The notes under the pieces were generated by a model that made no database searches, was not told the origin of the DNA, and saw nothing but the letters and a program-made list of their open reading frames with translations. A program made the position numbers and the translations under genes. This document shows positions 28,427 through 37,617 of a DNA stretch of 42,210 nucleotides, one piece after another; position 1 is the first letter of the stretch; each line of letters starts with the position of its first letter. The stretch is from Thermodesulfobacteriota bacterium (GTDB lineage Bacteria; Desulfobacterota_D; UBA1144; Nemesobacterales; N074bin48). Where the stretch lies: NCBI GenBank assembly GCA_041572575.1, contig JBFFSH010000019.1, positions 1 to 42,210 on the forward strand, in the 5' to 3' direction.

Positions 28427-29551
28427 TTGAAAATAATTTATGTAGGAAGTCCTCCACTTCTCACCAGAGGTGCAAGCGCAATTCATATGTTTAAGATGTG
28501 CCAGGCTTTTGGCCAATTGGGACATGATATTACTCTGTTCCTTCCACCTTATGACAACAAGGTCAATATTTATTCCTATTATGGAGTAGAGAAAAACTTT
28601 GATATTAAAACCATTTTATCTACAAAAAATTTTTTATGTCAGATAATCCATGGTCTCTCATGTATTATCCATTTTGCTGTAAACAAGCCAGAATACGATA
28701 TTGTGATTACCAGAAACATAATATTTACATTTTTTTCTACAGTGTTCTTAAGAATCCCGACAATCTATGATGCTCACCATCCCCTTGTAAACAGGGCTGC
28801 CGAATTTATGTTTAATACATTCAAAGATTCTCGGTACCTTGTGCGGTTTATGACTAATTCAGGCGGCCTGGCAGATTACTATATTGATAAGGGGCTTCCA
28901 ACTGCAAAACTGAAGGTTCTTCACAATGGCGTAGAGCTTGATAAGTATAAAAGGGGTAAAACTATTAAACAGGCAAGGAAGTTAACTAAATTGCCGGAAG
29001 ATAAACAAGTAGTTCTTTACTCAGGCAATATTTATAAGGGCAGAGGAATTGAGCAATTAATCGAGGCTTCTGAGAGTTTTAAACAAGCGCTATTTTATGT
29101 TTTAGGCGGTGAGCAGCAGGATATTGATCGCTATGAGAAACTTTTAACAGACAAAAAGGTTAATAACTTTAAGTTTCTTGGGTTTGTGGATCAGGACAAA
29201 GTGAAAGATTATCTATACTCGGCAGATGTATTGGTAATGCCATATGGAAAAAGTATGACAATAGGACCTGGTACACAAGCAGCGGAATTTACTTCGCCAA
29301 TAAAGCTTTTTGAATATATGGCATCAAAGAGAGTTATTGTAGCAACCATGATAAACAGTGTAATGGAAATATTGGAGGATGGAAAAAATGCAATATTGGT
29401 TGAACCGGATGATACAAAATCTCTTGCAAAGGGGATTAGAAAAGCTCTGGGTAACACTGAAAATTCTGCTAAACTTTCGGGACAGGCTTTTTCAGATGTT
29501 CAAAATTATTCATGGCAGCAAAGGGCACAGAGGATGATAGAAAATGTATAA
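28427..29551 (+). CDS. Glycosyltransferase family 4
   Basis: HNGV, YSGNIYKGRG, SPIKLFEYMAS, YSWQQRA; TTG start. Confidence 0.9.
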   Translation: MKIIYVGSPPLLTRGASAIHMFKMCQAFGQLGHDITLFLPPYDNKVNIYSYYGVEKNFDIKTILSTKNFLCQIIHGLSCIIHFAVNKPEYDIVITRNIIFTFFSTVFLRIPTIYDAHHPLVNRAAEFMFNTFKDSRYLVRFMTNSGGLADYYIDKGLPTAKLKVLHNGVELDKYKRGKTIKQARKLTKLPEDKQVVLYSGNIYKGRGIEQLIEASESFKQALFYVLGGEQQDIDRYEKLLTDKKVNNFKFLGFVDQDKVKDYLYSADVLVMPYGKSMTIGPGTQAAEFTSPIKLFEYMASKRVIVATMINSVMEILEDGKNAILVEPDDTKSLAKGIRKALGNTENSAKLSGQAFSDVQNYSWQQRAQRMIENV

Positions 29552-29629
29552 TTTCCATTTTTGTAAACTTCTAGGTATCTTTTCTGGAATTTTTAATATC
29601 TTATACATATTGTAATAATATATTTGGCT

Positions 29630-31135
29630 ATGGGAAGAAAGTGGTTTTTAATATTACTGGCAGCAATTATGGCGCTTGGCAGCTTTAGCTCACCAAATTT
29701 AGCGCTACATGCAGAAGAACTTTCTGAGCAGGATTCACACATAGAATCAGACCATGAGTCTCAAACTGACACTGATAATCAGACTGAGTATGACGATAAA
29801 TATCCAAGTGAGCCTTCAAACAAGGATTTCTTAAAAGACACTGCATATATGTATGGAGGTCTATGGGCCGGAAGGTTCTTCTATGTAAGAAACAAAAATA
29901 GCAGGATTTTTGATACATCATTTTCAAAGTGGATAGATCATATCACTGAATGGCCGGAAACTGATGATGGCGATGAGTTCTTTACAAATTTTGTTACTCA
30001 CCCTTATATCGGTTCTATGTATTATCTATACTACAGAGAACGCGGGCACTCAAGACTAAAATCTGCGTTTGGCTCTGTAGTACAAAGCACGCTTTTCGAA
30101 TATACTATTGAGGGTCTTGTAGAGACTCCATCGCTCCCTGATCTTATTTTTACCCCTCTTGTTGGAACACCCTTGGGAATAATCTTCGAAGAAACCTCTA
30201 AGTGGTTGTCTGGCAGGGATAATGCAGCAGTAAGAAGCCTTGCTTATGTAGTAAACCCAATGAAAATTATAATAAATGACAGAAAGTTCGGATTTGTAAA
30301 TCCGCTTTCGGGAACATTTGGCTTTCATGGTACCTTTGAGCCAAAGGAAAACAAAGAACATGCTCTAAGACTTGCGTACTCCACATTTCTTGAATCACCA
30401 ATTCCGGTTGGAAGAGTAATGACCGCAACTGAGGTAGTAAACGTAAGACAGAACTTTGGCGGCGAGTTTATAATGTATTACATTAGGGCAGATCTTCCAA
30501 ATGATTCAAACACTGCTGCAGTATATTTTCGTCTTTCCCAGGCAGGGATTAATAGTATTAATATTAATGGAAACGACCCGGTCAGTGATGGGTTTGAGCT
30601 TGCAAACCTGCTTTTGGGAGCTAAGCAATTAATTTATAATAGTAGCAACAAAGCCCTTTCCATGGGGTTTGAGTTTATAGTTCCTACAGCTTATAAGGAC
30701 AATGTAGACAGGCTCCAAACACTTATAAATTTTCAGCGTGATCTGCCATATTATCTCGAAAGCGCATTTACTACAAGCCCATATGTTTCAGGTGCTGTTT
30801 GGAATGAGCATTTAGCTTTACAGGCAAATGTAGGGACTGATATCATTATAAATTCCGATAAGTTTGAAGATGATAACGTAGAATGGAGAATTAAATATGC
30901 AGCCTCCCTAGCTGCTGAGCTTCCAATTGAGTACGACCCCACTTTCCATATAGACTTCCTGGGTATTTATATCCCTACTGCTGATTCTATAAAGAACAAT
31001 GATCTATTCTTTGCCCCCGGATTTAGAATAGGTAAGAAGTATGATGCCGGATTTAGTATGCAGTTTCCGCTTACAGGGCCTACAGATGATGTTGCCAAAT
31101 TTAGCTTTGTCTTTGATCTGCAGGCAAGATTCTAA
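29630..31135 (+). CDS. DUF3943-domain secreted/outer-membrane protein
   Basis: Signal peptide; D.D.F.TN...HPY.G..YY...R...S.LFEY..E....PS..DLI.TP..G DUF3943 pattern. The beta-rich C-terminus ends FVFDLQARF. Start is ATG 29630 or TTG 29624. Confidence 0.75.
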   Translation: MGRKWFLILLAAIMALGSFSSPNLALHAEELSEQDSHIESDHESQTDTDNQTEYDDKYPSEPSNKDFLKDTAYMYGGLWAGRFFYVRNKNSRIFDTSFSKWIDHITEWPETDDGDEFFTNFVTHPYIGSMYYLYYRERGHSRLKSAFGSVVQSTLFEYTIEGLVETPSLPDLIFTPLVGTPLGIIFEETSKWLSGRDNAAVRSLAYVVNPMKIIINDRKFGFVNPLSGTFGFHGTFEPKENKEHALRLAYSTFLESPIPVGRVMTATEVVNVRQNFGGEFIMYYIRADLPNDSNTAAVYFRLSQAGINSININGNDPVSDGFELANLLLGAKQLIYNSSNKALSMGFEFIVPTAYKDNVDRLQTLINFQRDLPYYLESAFTTSPYVSGAVWNEHLALQANVGTDIIINSDKFEDDNVEWRIKYAASLAAELPIEYDPTFHIDFLGIYIPTADSIKNNDLFFAPGFRIGKKYDAGFSMQFPLTGPTDDVAKFSFVFDLQARF

Positions 31136-31147
31136 ATACTTTCTATA

Positions 31148-31726
31148 TCAGTAATTTAGCTCGTCATTTACCCAGTACTTTGATGCACCAAAGTTTACTC
31201 TAAGCGATATGCCTTTTTCTGTCATCTGGTATACAACCACATCTGCGTCCAGATTGGCCTCTCCTGCAGCGGAAGCTCCGTCACTTTCATACTTGGCCTC
31301 AGCACTTGCCTGAGCCGTTCCAACATTCCAGCCTGAGGTAACAAAGTTATTAAGCTTTGCTCTGTTATTAAAAATTATGACTTCCCTAAAATCCTTAAGA
31401 CCTACGCCAATGCCGACCCCTGCCTCACCCATACTCATATATGTTTTCTTTCCTGTTCTGTTATCAACTACCACACCATAGCCGTTTCCTGCACCAAACC
31501 ATAATAGCTGAGTATTAATATTACTGAACACTCCGTAGCCAGCTGCGTTTTGAACCAGGCTTCTTGTCTCGGGTTTTCTCCTGTAAAGATCCTGGAGAGT
31601 ATCGCTTTTCATATCCTGTGTATATTGTCTTTTCTGAGCAGGACTATGACCCTGAGCCCTGGCACATGCCATAACAGTTACAGCTACAATAATAATTGAT
31701 AATCCAATTGCAGTATTTTTCATCAT
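31148..31726 (-). CDS. Ysc84/SYLF lipid-binding domain lipoprotein
   Basis: Signal peptide with VMAC lipobox-like site; AAGYGVF, GAGNGYGVV, G.G.G.KDFREVIIF, VYQMTEKG. Confidence 0.8.
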   Translation of the reverse strand: MMKNTAIGLSIIIVAVTVMACARAQGHSPAQKRQYTQDMKSDTLQDLYRRKPETRSLVQNAAGYGVFSNINTQLLWFGAGNGYGVVVDNRTGKKTYMSMGEAGVGIGVGLKDFREVIIFNNRAKLNNFVTSGWNVGTAQASAEAKYESDGASAAGEANLDADVVVYQMTEKGISLRVNFGASKYWVNDELNY

Positions 31727-31745
31727 TATTCCCCCTGTTAATTAA

Positions 31746-31770
31746 TAGACGGGCTTAAAAAGCCCGTCTA
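31746..31770. terminator. Intrinsic terminator-like hairpin downstream of the LLM gene
   Basis: TAGACGGGCT-N5-AGCCCGTCTA perfect 10-bp stem. Confidence 0.65.
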
Positions 31771-31790
31771 AAATTATATGCTTTATTTTT

Positions 31791-32729
31791 TTAACCTGCG
31801 TATGCTTTAACCGTGTTTTCCATAACCTCTACATTGCTCTGTTTTCCAACAGGGCCTGGAACAATAATAGCAAGATCAACCCCTGCATTATAGAAGTCCT
31901 GTAGTCTGGCTTTGCATTTATCGGCCGGGCCAACAAGTGCAAATGCTTCAACCAGTTCGTCAGAAAATACATCGGCAGGGTTTGCTCCACCCTGAATTTG
32001 ATCAACCACATCGCCAAACCCAATGTTTCTGATTAGCCTCTGATAGAATGGAAATCTTGCATAGCCAGAAAGCCCTCTCTTCGCAGATTTTATAGCAGCA
32101 TCGAGGTCATCTGAAACAAAAGACGGAATACCATTTGTTATATCAATTTCAGATGGATCTCTACCTGCACTTTTTGCACCATCTGCGACATAGCCTTTTA
32201 AGGTGGAAATATACTCCGGGGTCGCCATATATGGCATAAGCCCGTCGGCAACTTCACCCGCTACTGTGGCTGCTCCTTTTGTAAGACCTGCAGTATATAC
32301 CGGAAGCTTTGGCAGCTCTCTTTTTAGAGTAAGCGCGGGGTTACTTCCATCAGCAAAAGACTTAACAGCTGTTACAAAATCTCTCATCGATTCCATGGGA
32401 TCGCCCATATCGATTTCGTAGCGGTCGTTTACGGGTTTGTGGCTTACTCCAAGCCCAAGTATCATCCTTCCGCCAGAGATTTCCTGAATAGTGAGTGCTG
32501 TTGCAGCAGCCATAACAGGCTGACGCATATATATATTGGCAATCCACGTGCCGACTTTTATTTTAGATGTAGCCTCTGCAAAAACCTGCGCGTTTGATAT
32601 TGCACTCCATGGCGGAACCTCGGGTGAGAATATTCCTTCAAAACCCCCGTCTTCAGCTATTTTTGCTAGCGCCCTAAGGTCATCTACGCTGCATCCCCAA
32701 ACTGGTGAAATTGTTGCTAATCTAGACAT
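31791..32729 (-). CDS. LLM-class flavin/F420-dependent oxidoreductase
   Basis: AEDGGF, TSKIKVGT.IANIY.R.P, GRMILGLGVSH, AGEVADG, LVGPADKC. Confidence 0.88.
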   Translation of the reverse strand: MSRLATISPVWGCSVDDLRALAKIAEDGGFEGIFSPEVPPWSAISNAQVFAEATSKIKVGTWIANIYMRQPVMAAATALTIQEISGGRMILGLGVSHKPVNDRYEIDMGDPMESMRDFVTAVKSFADGSNPALTLKRELPKLPVYTAGLTKGAATVAGEVADGLMPYMATPEYISTLKGYVADGAKSAGRDPSEIDITNGIPSFVSDDLDAAIKSAKRGLSGYARFPFYQRLIRNIGFGDVVDQIQGGANPADVFSDELVEAFALVGPADKCKARLQDFYNAGVDLAIIVPGPVGKQSNVEVMENTVKAYAG

Positions 32730-32756
32730 ATTTGTGCTCCTTTTAAATAATTGATT

Positions 32757-33653
32757 TTAATATTGATTTATTACATCCCGGTAAAAATCAGGACGCAGTA
32801 ATGATTCGTCTTCGGTTTTAAGTACTTTATTTATCTCTTCTAAAACTTTTTCTTTATCCCTTGGAAACTGTGCCTTGATCGGTAGGTAATTGGAAATATG
32901 GTTTGCAAAAAAATAGCCACCGGTAAGTTCTGTATTTTCCACAATAATCTTAAGCTCACGTATCATCTGAAATTTATCAGGTAGCTCAAAATTGCCCTCA
33001 TCCCACTCTTTGTATAAGGGTGCTCCTTTTCTAAGCTGCAAAGAAAGTGCACCTACATATTCCGGATCACAACCGGTAAGCAGCCTGCCGGTTTCTCTGG
33101 CATGTATTTCACTCCTTTCCTTGCCGCCCATTCCAAGAAGTACCATAGCCGAGTTTTCTATACCCGCTTCTTTTAGAATCTTAGATGCCTGTACGGTTTG
33201 CACATGACTAGCACCCTTTTTTATTCTCTCAAGCACCACATCGTCGCCGCTTTCAAAGCCTATATACACCATATCTAGCCCAAGCTCCTTAAGCTCTTTA
33301 AGATTATCTACCCCCTTCCTGAGTATATCTCCTACATTGGCGTACATTCTAATTCTGGTAAGCTGTGGACATTTTTCTCCAAGATACTGCATTATTTCTA
33401 CAAGCTTTTTTTGAGCAAGAACAAGAGCATTACCATCTGCTATAAAAACCCTGTCTTCAATTAGGCCGGACGAGCTGGCTTCGTCTATAATGGCTATAAT
33501 CTCATACATTGGACGGATACGAAATTTCTGCTCGTCCTTTCTGTACATTGCACAGTAAGTACAGTTGTTATGGGAACATCCAATGGTTGCCTGAAGCAGA
33601 AAACTCTTACCCTCGCTGGGTGGTCTGAATATTGGCTGGATATATTCTATCAC
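32757..33653 (-). CDS. Radical SAM protein
   Basis: IFRPPSE..S.LLQATIGCSHNNCTYC (CxxxCxxC), GFESGDD, FANH.SNYL; GTG start. Confidence 0.9.
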   Translation of the reverse strand: MIEYIQPIFRPPSEGKSFLLQATIGCSHNNCTYCAMYRKDEQKFRIRPMYEIIAIIDEASSSGLIEDRVFIADGNALVLAQKKLVEIMQYLGEKCPQLTRIRMYANVGDILRKGVDNLKELKELGLDMVYIGFESGDDVVLERIKKGASHVQTVQASKILKEAGIENSAMVLLGMGGKERSEIHARETGRLLTGCDPEYVGALSLQLRKGAPLYKEWDEGNFELPDKFQMIRELKIIVENTELTGGYFFANHISNYLPIKAQFPRDKEKVLEEINKVLKTEDESLLRPDFYRDVINQY

Positions 33654-33748
33654 CCCTACAAAATAACAAAATTAGGGGGTTCTTGCAAGAAGAATTAATC
33701 TATTAAATCTGCTTTGTTTATAGCAAAAATATTACTATAATAAATTAG

Positions 33749-34294
33749 ATGTCTCAGGACCTAAAAATAATAACAGTTCTATTCATTTTAATAATGTCTG
33801 CAGTCTTTGTTCTTTTCGGTGAAAAGAAGCAGGTGGAACAAGAAATCTCCAATTTGTCAGACAAAGTAAATGATCTAAAAGAGATTAATGATAACGAAAA
33901 TGAGAATGAGAAGGAGAATTATATTCAGAGTACTTCCAGAGAATTACCTTCTAAACCTGATAACTTAACCAGACCTAAACCACCCGATTATCAAAGAACT
34001 GTGAATAAGGACAGGAAACTTGTTGCAAGGGGTTATATAATGTTAGATGAAAATAACCTGTGTGATATTACAAACAAAGAGCCTGAAGTGCAAATAATCC
34101 CTTACCATGACAGTAGCGGAACATTAAATAACAATTCTGAATATGTAGACTGTGTATTAAATATATATGATCTTGAAAATGGTTATCATACTCTTGCCAT
34201 AACTGTTGACCATTTGAGTGATTTAACTACAAAAAAGCAATTATATATAAGGCAGGACCTAATAAGCTATATAGATATTCAGCTTAAGTATTAA
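33749..34294 (+). CDS. Hypothetical membrane-anchored protein
   Basis: N-terminal TM helix, short coiled coil, Pro-rich linker, beta-rich C-terminus with two Cys. Confidence 0.7.
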   Translation: MSQDLKIITVLFILIMSAVFVLFGEKKQVEQEISNLSDKVNDLKEINDNENENEKENYIQSTSRELPSKPDNLTRPKPPDYQRTVNKDRKLVARGYIMLDENNLCDITNKEPEVQIIPYHDSSGTLNNNSEYVDCVLNIYDLENGYHTLAITVDHLSDLTTKKQLYIRQDLISYIDIQLKY

Positions 34295-34390
34295 TTAATC
34301 TTATACAGTCGCAGCACAGTTTAGTAATTTTTATATAGGTAGCGTGCAATTCTTTACAAAACACAATTATTATTTATAATTCGTACCGTT

Positions 34391-34492
34391 ATGGAAGAAC
34401 ATGAATTTATAGGATTTATATATATACTTGGTATAATTGGTTTTATTGGATTAATCCTCGTTTTAGTTTCTCTAACCCACGTAGTCCTGTAG
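34391..34492 (+). CDS. Small (33 aa) single-TM protein; not in the ORF track
   Basis: MEEHEFIGFIYILGIIGFIGLILVLVSLTHVVL*, preceded by TTTACA-16bp-TATAAT (34353-34380). Confidence 0.5.
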   Translation: MEEHEFIGFIYILGIIGFIGLILVLVSLTHVVL

Positions 34493-34676
34493 GTTATTTA
34501 AGCTTTGAGTAATACTTCATTGTTAATACCTTAATACCACAGTAATAGCACCCGGAATTTTATCTATTTCAGCACAGTTTTATTCAATTCATACTGACAA
34601 TCGCATTCCAGCCTGTTTGAATTTAATGTTTTATGACTTATATTTAACTATCATCTAACATCAGGGGTTGTAAGAT

Positions 34677-36347
34677 ATAGAAAAAATACTAGGCAATTTA
34701 AAAGGACTAAAAAAGAGTGACCTTAAGAATCTCTCAAGACTTGCAAAGAGAAAAGTCCCTCCAAAAGAAATTATAACCCTCGAGCTTGGAAGAACGCTTG
34801 CTGCAGTATCTGGGGAACTTAAAAGAAACATCACCCTCATAATAAGCAGAAGTGGTAAAATCGAGCATATATATCTGGGGCTTCCAGAAGATATAGATTT
34901 TACATACATTCTCGGCCGGTCAAGAGAATCCAACTACAGGCTAAGGGGTTACAGAGCCATATATTCAAGCCTTAAGCACGATGAGCTTACTGCAAACGAC
35001 CTTTCCACTTTATTAACTGAGAGGCTTGATTTAATTGGTCTTCTAAGAGTAAATGACGGCATGCCGGGCAGATTTTGTATAGCTCATGTCCTTCCTCCAA
35101 ATCCCCAAAAAATACAGGAGCAGATGTGGAATAGAGAGAGTTATAACGATCTGGGACGGGTTGATACGGACTTTGAGCAGTTTGTGCTTGATCTGGAAAC
35201 TGAGCTTGAAAGAAAATATGTCGATCTTGGAGGAAAACAGAACCGTCACGGGATTGTGCTTGTGGGGGTTTCAACTACAGGCAGGGTGGATGCCGAAACA
35301 TCACTTAGTGAGCTGGAGCTTTTGGCACAGTCTGCAAATAAAATCATCTTAGATAAATTTATACAGACTTCAAAAAAGATAGACCCCAGATATCTGGTGG
35401 GAAAGGGAAAGCTAAAAGAGATTACACTGCGGGCACGGCACATTGGAGCCGACACTCTCGTATTTAATAAAGAGCTTACCCCGGCCCAGGTGCGGGCAAT
35501 AAATAAAGAGACTGATCTGGAAATTGTAGACCGCACTCAGATCATACTTGAAATCTTTGCAGCAAGGGCTACTACAAGTGAAGGAAAGCTCCAGGTACAG
35601 CTTGCCCAGGCACAGTATGAGCTTCCAAGGCTTGTGGGAAAAGGAGTAGAATTTTCTCAGCTTGGAGGTGGTATTGGTACAAGGGGGCCTGGAGAAAAGA
35701 AACTGGAAGAGCAGAGAAGAACGCTTAGAAAACAGATTGATATTCTGGAAAAAAAGATTGATGAGCTTTCTTTGCGCAGAAGTCATACAAGAAAGCAGAG
35801 AATGTCGCACGGCATTTCTACTGTAACCTTCATCGGATACACCAATGCCGGCAAGTCAACGCTTTTTAATTCACTTACAAAAGGGCATGTGCTTGCAGAG
35901 AACAAACTGTTTTCAACGCTAAATCCTACTACAAGAAAACTTATGCTTCCATCGGGAAGGCAGATACTCATAACAGACACCGTAGGATTTATAAGTGAGC
36001 TTCCTGCTGAACTTGTAAATGCTTTCAGGGCAACGCTTGAAGAGCTTGGGGAGTCATCTGTGCTTATCCATGTTGCAGATATAAGCGATCCCATGCTGGA
36101 TGAAAAAATAGAGTCGGTTGAGAAAATACTGCAGGATACAGGATATAACACCATTCCCAGGATAAATATCTTAAACAAGTCAGACAAAGTAACTAAAGAA
36201 ATCGCAGAAAACATAAGCAAACGCTACGGAGCAATCGCAGTTTCAGCCAAGCAAAAAGATACTGCGGGGTTTTATGAGCTTTTGGAAACTAAGTTATCTG
36301 AACTAGATAATGGGCAAATTGTTGTTAGTAAAGAGATTGCACTCTAA
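34677..36347 (+). CDS. hflX: GTPase HflX, long form (556 aa), non-canonical ATA start
   Basis: The frame is open from 34674 with IEKILGNLKGLKKSD...RLRG, the long-HflX N-terminus. Core motifs GTRGPGE, GYTNAGKST, DTVGFI, NKSD are present. AGGGG RBS-like sequence at 34663-34667. Confidence 0.9.
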   Translation: MEKILGNLKGLKKSDLKNLSRLAKRKVPPKEIITLELGRTLAAVSGELKRNITLIISRSGKIEHIYLGLPEDIDFTYILGRSRESNYRLRGYRAIYSSLKHDELTANDLSTLLTERLDLIGLLRVNDGMPGRFCIAHVLPPNPQKIQEQMWNRESYNDLGRVDTDFEQFVLDLETELERKYVDLGGKQNRHGIVLVGVSTTGRVDAETSLSELELLAQSANKIILDKFIQTSKKIDPRYLVGKGKLKEITLRARHIGADTLVFNKELTPAQVRAINKETDLEIVDRTQIILEIFAARATTSEGKLQVQLAQAQYELPRLVGKGVEFSQLGGGIGTRGPGEKKLEEQRRTLRKQIDILEKKIDELSLRRSHTRKQRMSHGISTVTFIGYTNAGKSTLFNSLTKGHVLAENKLFSTLNPTTRKLMLPSGRQILITDTVGFISELPAELVNAFRATLEELGESSVLIHVADISDPMLDEKIESVEKILQDTGYNTIPRINILNKSDKVTKEIAENISKRYGAIAVSAKQKDTAGFYELLETKLSELDNGQIVVSKEIAL

Positions 36348-36425
36348 GAAATTCCATCATGTGATCATGACTAATACATACTTCGACTGTGCTCAGTGTG
36401 TTGTGTATTCTTTTCAATAATTATT

Positions 36426-36511
36426 TTATCTCGAACGAATGTGAGAGATCTTTTTTTACATCACTTAACCAAAGCAGAGTAAAAAGAATTTCTCATATGC
36501 ATTCGAAATGA
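36426..36511. repeat. Degenerate REP-like inverted repeat pair
   Basis: 36426-36449 versus the reverse complement of 36488-36511 match at 18/24 positions. Confidence 0.5.
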
Positions 36512-36529
36512 ATTAACAAAAGAGTACAA

Positions 36530-36567
36530 AAAAAGGCGAGCTACCCAAAAAGATAACCCGCCTTTTT
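36530..36567. terminator. Bidirectional intrinsic terminator between hflX and etfA
   Basis: AAAAAGGCG...CGCCTTTTT stem with A and T tracts on both sides. Confidence 0.7.
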
Positions 36568-36593
36568 ATCCTTAAAGTTTTTTTAGTTAATAA

Positions 36594-37583
36594 TTATTGT
36601 TGTGAAAGAAGTTTTTTGAACTCTTCGGTAAGAGCAGGGGTAACTTCAAAAAGATCACCGCAGATGCCGTAGTCGCATTTCTGGAAAATTGGAGCATCGG
36701 GGTCTTTGTTTACTGCTACAATAACCTTTGATGAACCCATGCCAGCAAAATGCTGAATAGCACCTGAAATTCCTACTGCTACATAAAGAGTAGGTGATAC
36801 AACCTTTCCGGTCTGACCTATCTGCATCTCATAAGGTACAAACCCTGAGTCTACTGCTGCACGTGAAGCACCGGCTGCAGCACCCATGGAGTCTGCAAGA
36901 TCATAGATAATAGAAAAGTTATCACCGTTGCCCATCCCTCTTCCGCCAGAAACGATTCTGTCTGCTTCTGTAAGCTCCGGTCTTGTGGATTCTACTCTGT
37001 CTACTGAGATAATCTTGGTTTTAATATCGTCTGCGCTAAGACCCACTGTAGCGTTTACTACCGTACCTGCGCCACCTGATTCCTCTGCCTTAAACACGTT
37101 TGGTCTTAGAGTTGCCATCATTGGTTTGTTGTCTAAAAACTCTACTGTGGCAATTGATTTGTTTGAATATTTTGTTCTTTTAACAATTAATCTTCCGTCA
37201 CCTGTAAGGTCAAAATCGCTGGCGTCTAGTGTTAGTCCGGCGTTTACTGCAGCAGCAGCTCTTGGAAAAAAATCCTGCCCAGCGGCTGAGTTTCCTGTGA
37301 TAACGATATCGGGGTTGTGCTGGCCGATAAGATCAGCAAGCGCTGCCGAATAACCCTCGGCTGTGTAGTCTTTTAGAAGATCACTGTCAACTACATAAAC
37401 TTTTTCAGCTCCGTATTTTCCCAGTTCTCCTGCAAGACCCGATACACCAGAGCCCAAAAGCACTCCGCAAACTGTGCCGCCGCCTCCTGAAAGCTTGGTC
37501 TTTGCAACTGTAAGCCCCTCGGCTGTAACGCTTTTTACTTTGCCGTCCAGTGTTAGATCTGCTACTACCCAAATTTCACTCAT
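36594..37583 (-). CDS. etfA: Electron transfer flavoprotein alpha subunit
   Basis: LTEADRIVSGGRG, GASRAAVD, QIGQTGKVV.P.LY.A.GISGAIQH.AGM. Confidence 0.96.
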   Translation of the reverse strand: MSEIWVVADLTLDGKVKSVTAEGLTVAKTKLSGGGGTVCGVLLGSGVSGLAGELGKYGAEKVYVVDSDLLKDYTAEGYSAALADLIGQHNPDIVITGNSAAGQDFFPRAAAAVNAGLTLDASDFDLTGDGRLIVKRTKYSNKSIATVEFLDNKPMMATLRPNVFKAEESGGAGTVVNATVGLSADDIKTKIISVDRVESTRPELTEADRIVSGGRGMGNGDNFSIIYDLADSMGAAAGASRAAVDSGFVPYEMQIGQTGKVVSPTLYVAVGISGAIQHFAGMGSSKVIVAVNKDPDAPIFQKCDYGICGDLFEVTPALTEEFKKLLSQQ

Positions 37584-37617
37584 TGTATTCCTCCTGATAA
37601 ATACCTTTTATTCAAAA

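Noticed and set aside
35061..36347. ORF-track hflX start at ATG 35061
   Set aside because: The frame and HflX-like sequence extend 128 codons further upstream.
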